A stretch of 64,000 nucleotides of DNA from Chitinophagaceae bacterium (GTDB lineage: Bacteria; Bacteroidota; Bacteroidia; Chitinophagales; Chitinophagaceae), in assembly GCA_965230665.1 (NCBI GenBank), contig CBDDLM010000003.1, positions 4,424-68,423 on the forward strand. The letters run 5' to 3'. Numbering within the stretch: position 1 is the stretch's first letter; the number at the start of each line of letters is the position of its first letter. The notes beneath the pieces are model-generated. The model was not told the DNA's origin. It saw only the letters and a list, made by a program, of their open reading frames with translations, and made no database searches. This document shows, piece by piece, positions 22,809 to 31,780 of this stretch. Made by a program: the position numbers and the translations under genes.

Positions 22809-23925
22809 TGTCATGAAATACACTATAGAAAGCACAGCAATACGAGATTTAATATCAATTGTAAATAAAGGTTTAATTGATTTATCTCCCTCATACCAAA
22901 GAAACTTTATTTGGTCAAAAAATGATCAAATTGCATTGATAGATACAATTCTTAAAGGTTACCCTTTACCAAATCTTTTTATTTACAAAAGACCTGATGG
23001 AAAACTCGAAATGGTGGACGGGCAACAAAGAACTAGGACAATCTATAAATATTATAAAGGGGAAATTAAAGGTACTGGTAAGGAATCATCATTTAAAGAT
23101 CATAAAGAGTACTTTCTTTCTTATAAATTACCAATTGTATATATCTCAGAATTAAATGAAAACGACTCATTAAATGAATTTTATGTTCTAATAAACAAGA
23201 AAGGAAAACCACTAAATATTCCAGAAGTATATCAAGCAGAGTTCAGCGAACATCCTTTCATGAGACTTGCTAACAGTGCTCTCAATTATCAGCCTTTTAT
23301 TGAACTCGGAATTTTTTCTGATGCAACAAGGAAAAGAATGAACGACAGGGCTTTTACAGAAGAGCTTTTGGCTTACTTAATATATGGAATTACAGATAAG
23401 AAATCAGGAGTTGAACAAGCTTACAAACAAACAGAATTAATTGATGAAAAATATGCTGAGATTAGCACACGCTTTAAACAAACAATAGATAGGATTTACA
23501 ATCTTCAAGAAAAAACACCTTTAGACAAAACCAGATATCGACAAAAAAATGACTTTTACACTCTTTTCAATTATGTTGATAAACATCAAAAACTAGCTGA
23601 TAAACTTCTGCAGTATCAATATAGAATATTGATATTACTCAATCAAAAGGATCAATATGAAAATCAGTTTATAAGTCCTAGCAATGAGCATTCTGAAGCA
23701 CTTAGAGAATACGCCATTCAATGTGTATCACAGTCAAATAGCAAAAAAGCAAGAGAGAAAAGATTAGAGTTCTTTGAAAATATTTTGCTTAATACAGAGA
23801 TCAAAAAAAATGAAACCCTTCAAGATGTATTTTCTTATTTAACGGAAATGTATGGCAAGAAGAATACTCAATTAACCGAGATAAATGGTTTTCAATTAAT
23901 AAATGTTGATGCGATTGAAAAATGA
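22789..23925 (+). CDS. DUF262 (ParB/Srx-like, DGQQR motif) protein without a DUF1524/HNH nuclease half
   Basis: 378 aa. SPSYQRNFIWS and MVDGQQRTRTIY motifs. No His-Me finger motif is visible in the C-terminal half. An alternative ATG lies at 22813. Confidence 0.75.
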   Translation: MQLVLFNVMKYTIESTAIRDLISIVNKGLIDLSPSYQRNFIWSKNDQIALIDTILKGYPLPNLFIYKRPDGKLEMVDGQQRTRTIYKYYKGEIKGTGKESSFKDHKEYFLSYKLPIVYISELNENDSLNEFYVLINKKGKPLNIPEVYQAEFSEHPFMRLANSALNYQPFIELGIFSDATRKRMNDRAFTEELLAYLIYGITDKKSGVEQAYKQTELIDEKYAEISTRFKQTIDRIYNLQEKTPLDKTRYRQKNDFYTLFNYVDKHQKLADKLLQYQYRILILLNQKDQYENQFISPSNEHSEALREYAIQCVSQSNSKKAREKRLEFFENILLNTEIKKNETLQDVFSYLTEMYGKKNTQLTEINGFQLINVDAIEK

Positions 23926-24935
23926 ACTTCAGCTTCCCCAAAAATATTTTCTTTGATGGTAGGATTTTAAGGCAAGAAGGTCCAAATGGTGGCACTCTAA
24001 TTGACATTTCTTTGCCACATCAAAATCTTATTTCTATCGATAATATCGAATACTATTTTACATACCTAAACTTAAAAAACCCCAAATCTAAAGGAGGAAA
24101 TTCAATCATTTTAAAACTATATGAAGCCGATAATTTTGATACTGATGAACTAAATTATGAAGAGCCAGATAAAATCATTAAAATTTTAAAATATCGTTTA
24201 GATGAAAATAAAGGATATACTAGAATACAAGAAAGGTTCCTAGTAGAAATCAAAGCATTAGAAAAGTGCAAAGCTTCTCTTTTACAATCTGTTGTAGAAA
24301 TATATGAAAGTGGCAAATGTAACTTAAGTACTGCAAGAGGGAGAAAAAGATTTTTAGATAAATATATGTACTACACTATGGAGCCAGCTGATAAAGATTT
24401 AACAGTATTTCTGCAAGAAAACTCTGATCTAGAATTGGCATCTAGGGTATCATTGTGTTCAAGTTTGGCTAAAGGATTAAAAGAGTTGTATGAGTTAGGC
24501 TATTACCACCGAGACTTAAAACCTGATAACATTTTAATTTTTGGTGAAAAATGGAAAATAGCTGATTTAGGGTTAGTAGATCATAGAGATTTAAATTTTG
24601 ATATAGATTTTTCAAATGAGCTAATTGGACCTAAGGGTTGGCTTTCACCAGAAGCCATTAATAAAAGATTATGTGGAGATACTGATTTAAGATTTAAGCA
24701 CGATTGTGTCATCGACCATCAATCTGATTTATTTCAACTTGGGAAAATATTTTGTCTTATCCTACAAGGAAATAATCCTATGGGTATTATCAACCTATCA
24801 GATTTTCAAATTAAAGACAATAACCTTAAGCACTTGGTTTTGAAAATGTTATATTATAAGAAGAAAAAAAGAATAAATAACATCCAAGCGGTTATAAATA
24901 AAATACAACCTATTGAAGAAAGAATATTGTACTAA
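23922..24935 (+). CDS. Ser/Thr protein kinase (Hanks-type catalytic core)
   Basis: 337 aa. Catalytic loop YHRDLKPDNILI, a DLG variant of DFG (KIADLGLV), APE-like WLSPEA. ATGA overlap with the upstream gene. Confidence 0.8.
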   Translation: MNFSFPKNIFFDGRILRQEGPNGGTLIDISLPHQNLISIDNIEYYFTYLNLKNPKSKGGNSIILKLYEADNFDTDELNYEEPDKIIKILKYRLDENKGYTRIQERFLVEIKALEKCKASLLQSVVEIYESGKCNLSTARGRKRFLDKYMYYTMEPADKDLTVFLQENSDLELASRVSLCSSLAKGLKELYELGYYHRDLKPDNILIFGEKWKIADLGLVDHRDLNFDIDFSNELIGPKGWLSPEAINKRLCGDTDLRFKHDCVIDHQSDLFQLGKIFCLILQGNNPMGIINLSDFQIKDNNLKHLVLKMLYYKKKKRINNIQAVINKIQPIEERILY

Positions 24936-27139
24936 TGCTGAAAAATGTTAATTGGTCATTAGATAGAGATTATAAAACAGGTTCAAAAGATGAACCTTTA
25001 CAATTTTATCTCGATGGTTTAGCAAATAGTAAAGAATTTAACTTACTTCTAGGATATTTCAGCTCATCTGCAATTAATTTACTCTCTGTTGGTTTTGCAA
25101 CCTTTATTAGTAAAGGTGGTAAAATGAAGATGATAATAAATCACTTACTTTCAAAAAGAGATAAGGAAGCAATAGAAATAGCAAATCTTGAAGACATAAA
25201 TAAAGTATTTGATTTAACAGATGTTGTTTCTCTTGGTAGGATTTTAGATAAGTATGATTCCCATTTTTTTGATTGTCTAGCCTACATGATTTCGGAAGAT
25301 AGAATTGAAATAAAAGTAATCAAGCCTAAAAATGGAAAAGGAATAGCACATTATAAATCGGGTGTTTTTAATGATGGTCGAGATTTAGTCGGATACAAAG
25401 CTTCTTGCAATTTTACTTTATACGGTTTATCAGAAAACTTAGAGGAGCTCGAAGCTTTCCTAAGTTGGGAAAATGGTAGATCGAACAAGTTGATAAAAAA
25501 GCAGCTTAAAATCATTGACGAATTCTTAAATGAAAAGAATAGAGATGTAGAATATGTCCCAACTAATGAAATAGAAATAGTTTTAAAGGATAGGTTTGGC
25601 AAAAAAGATATAAACGAATTATTAGTTCAAGAGGAACAACTTCTAAAAAAGAAGATGAGACTATTCCAAAATAACTTGAGATTAAAAAAAACTATTTCAA
25701 AGCTGATAAAAGAAATTGAAATTATAAGGAGAACTCCAAAATTTCCTTATCCAAAAGGCCCTAGAAAATATCAGATTGATGCATATAAAAAGTGGGTAGC
25801 AAATAAATACAAAGGAGTATTTGCAATGGCAACAGGAACGGGTAAAACAATAACTTCACTTAATTGCATATTAAATGAATTTGAAATAACAAAAAGCTAT
25901 AGAGCTATAATTACTGTTCCAACTACAGCTTTGGTTGATCAATGGAAAAAAGAATGTGCTAAGTTCAATTTTAAGAACATTATTACGGTTAGTTCAAAAG
26001 AGAACTGGGATGATACTTTGGCATTTTTCAATACTGCATCGAAACTTATAAACACATCATATATAGTCATAGTTACCTATGCATCACTTCCAAAGGAGAA
26101 GTTTCAAAGTTACTTTAAACAATTGCCAAAGGACACTATATTAATTGCTGATGAAACACACAACTTAGGTGCCAAAGGACTTTTAAGATTATTACCTAAA
26201 ATACATCTTAACAAAAGAATTGGACTATCAGCTACACCACACAGAAAATTCGATGAAATAGGTAACCATGCTATCCAAGAATTCTTCAATGATACCCCCC
26301 CGTATATTGTATCCTATACAATGGAAGAGGCTTTAAAAATTGGGTGGTTATGTAGTTACACATATTATCCTCATATCGTGAAGCTGACTGATATTGAAAT
26401 GGGAAAGTACAAGGAACTTTCTTTACAGCTATTACGAATGGGATTATTTGACAAAGAAACCGGCACATTTAGGAGCACCCCTGAAATAGAAAGAAAACTT
26501 TTAGAAAGAAAGCGTATCATTCACAAAGCAGCTAATAAAATAAATGCTTTCAAAGAAATTCTTAGAATAGAATATGATAAACGAAAAAACCTAAAATATA
26601 CTTTGGTTTATGTCCCTGAAGGAGTAGAGGCACGTTATGAAGATTTAGATTACAGTATAAATACAGAGGAAGAAAAAAGATTAATCATTGAGTACACAAG
26701 AGCGGTTAGCAATACAGATGATTCCATTATGGTAAGACAGTTTACTGCAAATTCTTCAAACAGAGAAGAAATTTTAAAAGATTATGAAAATGGAAAAATC
26801 CATGTATTAACATCAATGAAATGTTTAGATGAAGGTGTTGATGTCCCACGTTCTGAATTAGCAATTTTCTGTGCAAGTACTGGAAATCCAAGACAATTTA
26901 TCCAGAGAAGAGGAAGGGTATTAAGATTGCATGATGATAAAATTCATGCTACTATTCACGATTTGGTCATTGTTCCTGAAGTAGCAGATGAAAATACTTT
27001 TGAAATGGAAAAAAGTCTTGTCAAAAAGGAATTAGAGCGAGTCGTTGACTTTGCAAATTTAGCAATGAATAAAACCGACACATACGAAACTTTTAAAAAT
27101 ATATTGGACTATTACAATCTCAATTTAAATGATCTTTAA
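24935..27139 (+). CDS. PLD-family (single HKD) nuclease domain fused to an SF2 (Res/DEAH-type) helicase
   Basis: 734 aa. HKD motif AHYKSGVFND...KASCN near aa 140. Helicase motif I AMATGTGKT, II IADETHN, III LSATPHR, VI QRRGRVLR. TAATG overlap with the kinase gene. Confidence 0.8.
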   Translation: MLKNVNWSLDRDYKTGSKDEPLQFYLDGLANSKEFNLLLGYFSSSAINLLSVGFATFISKGGKMKMIINHLLSKRDKEAIEIANLEDINKVFDLTDVVSLGRILDKYDSHFFDCLAYMISEDRIEIKVIKPKNGKGIAHYKSGVFNDGRDLVGYKASCNFTLYGLSENLEELEAFLSWENGRSNKLIKKQLKIIDEFLNEKNRDVEYVPTNEIEIVLKDRFGKKDINELLVQEEQLLKKKMRLFQNNLRLKKTISKLIKEIEIIRRTPKFPYPKGPRKYQIDAYKKWVANKYKGVFAMATGTGKTITSLNCILNEFEITKSYRAIITVPTTALVDQWKKECAKFNFKNIITVSSKENWDDTLAFFNTASKLINTSYIVIVTYASLPKEKFQSYFKQLPKDTILIADETHNLGAKGLLRLLPKIHLNKRIGLSATPHRKFDEIGNHAIQEFFNDTPPYIVSYTMEEALKIGWLCSYTYYPHIVKLTDIEMGKYKELSLQLLRMGLFDKETGTFRSTPEIERKLLERKRIIHKAANKINAFKEILRIEYDKRKNLKYTLVYVPEGVEARYEDLDYSINTEEEKRLIIEYTRAVSNTDDSIMVRQFTANSSNREEILKDYENGKIHVLTSMKCLDEGVDVPRSELAIFCASTGNPRQFIQRRGRVLRLHDDKIHATIHDLVIVPEVADENTFEMEKSLVKKELERVVDFANLAMNKTDTYETFKNILDYYNLNLNDL

Positions 27140-27386
27140 TTTTATCATTATGGCAAGAAAAGATGATATACTCAATAGTTTTTTAACTCATAAACTTCTA
27201 GAAAGTAAATATAATCTTTCGAAAAAAGACTTACCTAAAACAGTTATGGAAGCATTGAACTCAGATAAGGCAATTGTAAAGGCTATTGCTCTTATTGTAG
27301 AGGGATTGGATGGTACTTCCCCAGTAACTGATACTGTATTAAGAAATCAAGTTACTCAATTCTTAAACGAACATTATGGTGATTAA
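27129..27386 (+). CDS. Small hypothetical protein (likely true start ATG at 27150)
   Basis: 85-aa ORF (78 aa from MARKDD). Overlaps the next gene by 11 nt. No recognisable motif. Confidence 0.5.
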   Translation: MIFNFIIMARKDDILNSFLTHKLLESKYNLSKKDLPKTVMEALNSDKAIVKAIALIVEGLDGTSPVTDTVLRNQVTQFLNEHYGD

Positions 27387-29526
27387 ACAAATTCAAATTG
27401 AAAATTATTTGTGCTATTACGAAACCAAATCTTTTGAATTAGCTGAGGGGCTAAATATTATACTCGGTGAAAACGGTGAAGGTAAAACAAAGTTCTTTGA
27501 AGCAGTTGATTGGCTTTTTAACGGAGAGAATAAAGACTTAAACAGATTAGTTTCAGCCAAAAAATTAAAAGAGACAGAAATTGGAGATACATTTCGTGTG
27601 AGAGTTTCAATGACCGTAGTACAATACGGTGAAAAAAGTATAATTACAAAATCATTTCTTTCAAAAAAGGAAAAACCTAATGAGTGCTCTACCTCAAGCT
27701 TTATGATTGAAGGAATTGAAGAGAATAATATAGGCGAAAGGACCCAAGTTGATGGGCAAACCTTATTAGACAGAATATTTCCATTTCAAATTAGAAAATA
27801 TTCCATGTTTAAAGGAGAAGCAGAGTTGAACATTTTTGATAGTGAGAATGCTTTAACGAATCTTATAAATCTGTTTTCTGAAGCAAAGCATTATGATAAG
27901 TATTCAGTTAAAGGTGAGCTTCTAAGAGATAAGGCAGAAAAAGCTGTTGAAGCTTCGTCTAAACTAGATAAGAAAAACGAAGCGAATTATAGGAGACTTG
28001 AAGGGGAAATCATTCAACTTGCTCGAGAGAAAGAAAAATACGAGGTTCATTTAAGTGCCTCAGAAGAAGAAATTAGGAAAATTGAAGAAAATTTACAAAG
28101 TGCTGAAAGGCATGTTAACAATGCAGACGCTCTTGAAACTTTGAACAAGAGAATAAAAGATATAGAAAACAACATCTCATCACTTAATTCAAAAATTGAT
28201 GAAAACTATACTACATCTCTATTCGATGAAAACTGGATATTAGTGAATTTCGAACCTTTTCATAAAGAATTTACCGAAAAGGTTACAGCTCATAGTAAAA
28301 TTCGAAGAAAGTTGCAGTCCGATTTTGATAAAGAAAAAGGTATCAAAGAGGGAGTAAAAAAAGCAAAAGCTGAACTTCTTAACAATTCTGTTCCGCTACC
28401 AATTGGTGTTCCTTCAAAATTTCATATGGAGGAAATGCTTAAAGATGAACTTTGCAAAGTTTGTAATCGAGAAGCTAAAAAGGATACCGAAGCTTATAAG
28501 TTTATGATGAAAAGGCTTGAAGCTTATTTGGAAAGCCAAGTAATTGAGGAAGATGACCTTGGAGATGATGAACCTTTATTTGCTTATGATTATATAAATA
28601 GACTTGAAAACTTGAGTATAAGTCAAGAGGACAATTTGAAAGAACTTCGCTTGATTCGAACTAATATTAAAGATCTTTTTGAGTTTAATGATGAACGAAA
28701 GAAAGATATTGAAGAGCTTAATGAAATATTAGATAAAGAGTTGTCAGAAAGAGAAAAAATACTTGGCAACTCTAGTGTTGCAGAAGAAAAACTAATTGAT
28801 GTTCTTAAGAATTATAATGCGTGGCAAAAAGACTTAAAAGATAGAAATCAAGACATAATTACTTATACCTCAAAATTAGATAGAATTCAGACAGAGTTAG
28901 AAGCCAAAAAGGATGAAAAGGACAAAATTGATACAAGTTCAGCAAACTCTTTCTTAATTAAAACAAGAAACATTCTAAGAGATATCGAAACTATTTTTAT
29001 TGAAACAAAAGAAATGAAGTTTGATGAGTTTATTGAAAAACTTCAAACTAAGTCAAATAACTTTTTCAAAAAAATCAATATTGATGCTTTCACAGGAACA
29101 ATAGTATTTGTAAGGAGAAATAAGATAAATCGAACAATTGTTAAAGTTGAGTTGCAAGAAGATGGTAGGACTTTTCATAAGCCAAACCAATCATTATTAA
29201 CTTCAATGCACATTTCAATTTTATTTGCAATTTCGGAATTGGCATCTGAGATTAAAGAAGAAAACTTTCCAATGATATTTGACGCTCCAACCTCCTCATT
29301 TGGAGAAAATAAAACTGCTCAATTCTTAAACCTTATTTACGAAACTGAAAATCAAAAAATACTTCTTATCAAGGACTTCCTCTATACACATAAGATTACA
29401 AAAACACTATCTATCAAAAAAGAATTTGAAAGTGTTGTCAGGGATAAAGCGTTTTGGGTTAAACTAGAAAGACCTTTTGATCCTAATAATTTAAAAACCA
29501 TTAATTCACAAGTAATTACATTATAA
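27376..29526 (+). CDS. SMC/RecF-like coiled-coil ABC ATPase (DndD-like architecture)
   Basis: 716 aa. N-terminal IENYLCY...ILGENGEGKTKFFEAVDWLF (Walker A), a long coiled coil with a central CKVCNRE, C-terminal Walker B/D-loop PMIFDAPTSSFGE. Confidence 0.75.
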   Translation: MVIKQIQIENYLCYYETKSFELAEGLNIILGENGEGKTKFFEAVDWLFNGENKDLNRLVSAKKLKETEIGDTFRVRVSMTVVQYGEKSIITKSFLSKKEKPNECSTSSFMIEGIEENNIGERTQVDGQTLLDRIFPFQIRKYSMFKGEAELNIFDSENALTNLINLFSEAKHYDKYSVKGELLRDKAEKAVEASSKLDKKNEANYRRLEGEIIQLAREKEKYEVHLSASEEEIRKIEENLQSAERHVNNADALETLNKRIKDIENNISSLNSKIDENYTTSLFDENWILVNFEPFHKEFTEKVTAHSKIRRKLQSDFDKEKGIKEGVKKAKAELLNNSVPLPIGVPSKFHMEEMLKDELCKVCNREAKKDTEAYKFMMKRLEAYLESQVIEEDDLGDDEPLFAYDYINRLENLSISQEDNLKELRLIRTNIKDLFEFNDERKKDIEELNEILDKELSEREKILGNSSVAEEKLIDVLKNYNAWQKDLKDRNQDIITYTSKLDRIQTELEAKKDEKDKIDTSSANSFLIKTRNILRDIETIFIETKEMKFDEFIEKLQTKSNNFFKKINIDAFTGTIVFVRRNKINRTIVKVELQEDGRTFHKPNQSLLTSMHISILFAISELASEIKEENFPMIFDAPTSSFGENKTAQFLNLIYETENQKILLIKDFLYTHKITKTLSIKKEFESVVRDKAFWVKLERPFDPNNLKTINSQVITL

Positions 29527-29527
29527 G

Positions 29528-30052
29528 ATGAAGAGTTTATTTGATAAATGGAAAACTAGGATTCCAAAGTATAGTGTAGTCCACAAATACCTCTTTAATT
29601 CACTTTCTCAAAAGTATGGAGCTGAGGGCGAAAAAAAAATCAACCTTGGTAAACATTTTAGTACAAATTATGAGTTGTACACTTACGCTTTTTTCTTAGG
29701 TCTATATAATGAAGAATTAGCACCTATTCCAAAAGGAGAGAAAAAAACGGATTTTAGTCATCATATACAGCATTGGGGAAGCAAAACAACTGTGTCAACT
29801 CGCAAGGACTTTACCAACTTGCAAGAGAATATATTTATGGCACTTATATCTAAAACGGATTTAAACTTAGTTGATCTTGAGAAAGGAGACTTGAGTGAAG
29901 ATGAGGCAGTAAAAAAGTTAATCAACACGATGGAATCCTATACCAATGGAGGACTTATCCTGATTAAGGAAAAGCTTGAGGAGAATCCAAACTTCTTTTT
30001 GCAACCAACTTCTTTTTTAAATATGATTTTAGATAGTAAAATTGAAAAATAG
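29528..30052 (+). CDS. Hypothetical protein coupled to the SMC-like ATPase
   Basis: 174 aa. Starts 2 nt after the ATPase stop. No recognisable catalytic motif. It sits where a DndE or dnd-associated small protein would, but identity is not established. Confidence 0.5.
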   Translation: MKSLFDKWKTRIPKYSVVHKYLFNSLSQKYGAEGEKKINLGKHFSTNYELYTYAFFLGLYNEELAPIPKGEKKTDFSHHIQHWGSKTTVSTRKDFTNLQENIFMALISKTDLNLVDLEKGDLSEDEAVKKLINTMESYTNGGLILIKEKLEENPNFFLQPTSFLNMILDSKIEK

Positions 30053-30095
30053 GAGCCTAAAAGTTGATACCGCTGATGTTTCAGAGTACCGAATT

Positions 30096-30278
30096 ATGAA
30101 CAAAAAATATAATCATAAATCAAGTCAGGCTAAAAGAGAACTTAAAGTCTCAGATTGTAAACTTATGCACTTAAGAGAGAAAGGAGTGTTAAGATCTATT
30201 AAAAAGGGGAATGCTTTCTATTACCATGAAGATGATATTAAAATATATAAAAAAGGAATGGATCGGATTAAAGAATGA
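30096..30278 (+). CDS. Small MerR/excisionase-type HTH protein
   Basis: 60 aa from the ATG at 30096 (the ORF track extends it to a TTG at 30042). SQAKRELKVSDCKLMHLREKGVLRSIKKGNAFYYHEDDI resembles HTH_17-type DNA-binding proteins. Confidence 0.5.
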   Translation: MNKKYNHKSSQAKRELKVSDCKLMHLREKGVLRSIKKGNAFYYHEDDIKIYKKGMDRIKE

Positions 30279-30284
30279 TATGCG

Positions 30285-31778
30285 ATGCACCTAATATCAA
30301 AATCTGACTTTCAAACCTATCGTAATTGCCCTGATGTTTTCTGGATGCTTAAGCATGCCAAAGACAAACTCAATGAAAACCCATTATCTGATTTTCAAAA
30401 ACAGATCATTGATCAAGGATATGAAGTAGAAGCATGGGCTAGAAAGTTGTTTTCAAATGGCGTACTAGTTGAAGGATATAACGAGGAAGCATTAGAGCAT
30501 ACCAAAACTTATATACTAAACGGAGAAAAGGAAATTTTTCAAGCTACTTTTTCTGGTGATGGACTCCTTGCAATGTGTGATATTATAGAATGGAATGATC
30601 AGTTAGAAGCATGGGATATCTATGAAGTAAAAGGAACCACTTCAAAAGATAAACCAAAGAAAGACCATTACTTGGATATTGCATTTTAAAGAGAAGTGTT
30701 GGAACGGTCCAATGAAAAAGTTAGAAGGCTGTACTTAGTAGAACTGAATAAAGAGTTTATAAAAGCAGGTGAAATTGATCCAAACGACTTGTTAAGTATT
30801 AGTGATATCACAGAGGAAATCGATACAATGCGGGTTGAAATACAATCAGAGATAGGGAAATGTAAGGCGAAGCTCAAACAATTAAAACAACCCTCAGGTT
30901 GTGATTGTCGCTATAAAACGAGAAAGCATCAATGCGAAGCTTTTGAGTTCTTTTATCCTAACGTACCTGAGTATACCGTTTATGACATTTCTAGAATTAG
31001 AAGTGCAGGAAAGAAAATCGTCGAGATGGTGGATAATGATATTATCGCTATCGAGGACATCTCAGACCAAAATGACCTTACCGAAATTCAAGCAAATCAA
31101 GTTCAGGTATACATCTACGATACCATTATCTGTAAAACTGAGAAGATCAAAACTGAATTACTAAAATTGGAGTATCCATTATATTTTCTGGATTATGAAA
31201 CCTATCCTGCTGCTGTTCCTGTTTTTGATGGTTGTCGTCCATTTCAACAAGTGCCATTTCAATATTCTCTTCACGTTCAAAAGACTGATGATACTGATCT
31301 AGTTCATTATGAGTTTCTACATTCTAAAAACTCAAACCCTATACCCTTCCTCACAAAACAACTAAGAGAAAATCTAGGTGATACTGGTTCAGTCATAGTA
31401 TGGAACAAGAAGTTTGAAGGTAAATGTAATTCTGATATGGCAAAACAAATTCCTGAACTTGCAGATTTTTTAAATGGGATCAATGAACGATTCTTTGACC
31501 TTGAAGAGATTTTCAAGAAGCAACTATACGTTCGAAAGGAATTCAGAGGCAAAACATCCATTAAAAATGTTTTGCCTGTTTTGGCTCCTGACTTATCTTA
31601 CAAAGAACTTAATATTCAGGATGGAGGAGCAGCTTGTAATTCTTGGAGAAAAATGATCTTCGAAGTAAATGATCAAAACGAAGTTGATCAAATTTATCAA
31701 GATCTCTTGGCTTATTGTGAACTAGACACTTTAGCAATGGTAGAGGTTCTGCAATTTCTTGATGATATTAAAATCTAA
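30285..31778 (+). pseudogene. DUF2779-family nuclease (PD-(D/E)xK N-terminal plus exonuclease-like C-terminal) interrupted by one in-frame TAA at 30687-30689
   Basis: ORFs 30285-30689 and 30696-31778 are in the same frame. The sequence reads ...HYLDIAF*REVLERS... The N-terminal part has ISKSDFQTYRNCP and WDIYEVKG (ExK). The C-terminal part has YFLDYETYPAAVPVF...PFQYSLHV. Confidence 0.7.
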
Positions 31779-31780
31779 CT

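Noticed and set aside
17204-30052. Reading the array as BREX type 4 (PAPS reductase plus large ATPase) or as DISARM (helicase plus PLD).
   Set aside because: There is no PglZ phosphatase, no BrxL/Lon-like gene, no DUF1998 (DrmB) and no methyltransferase gene. The DUF4007 gene directly upstream of the ATPase fits the Ssp layout better.
30042-30095. TTG-initiated 78-aa version of the small HTH ORF, overlapping the preceding gene.
   Set aside because: An in-frame ATG at 30096 gives a 60-aa protein containing the whole HTH-like region without any overlap. The upstream extension has no supporting features.
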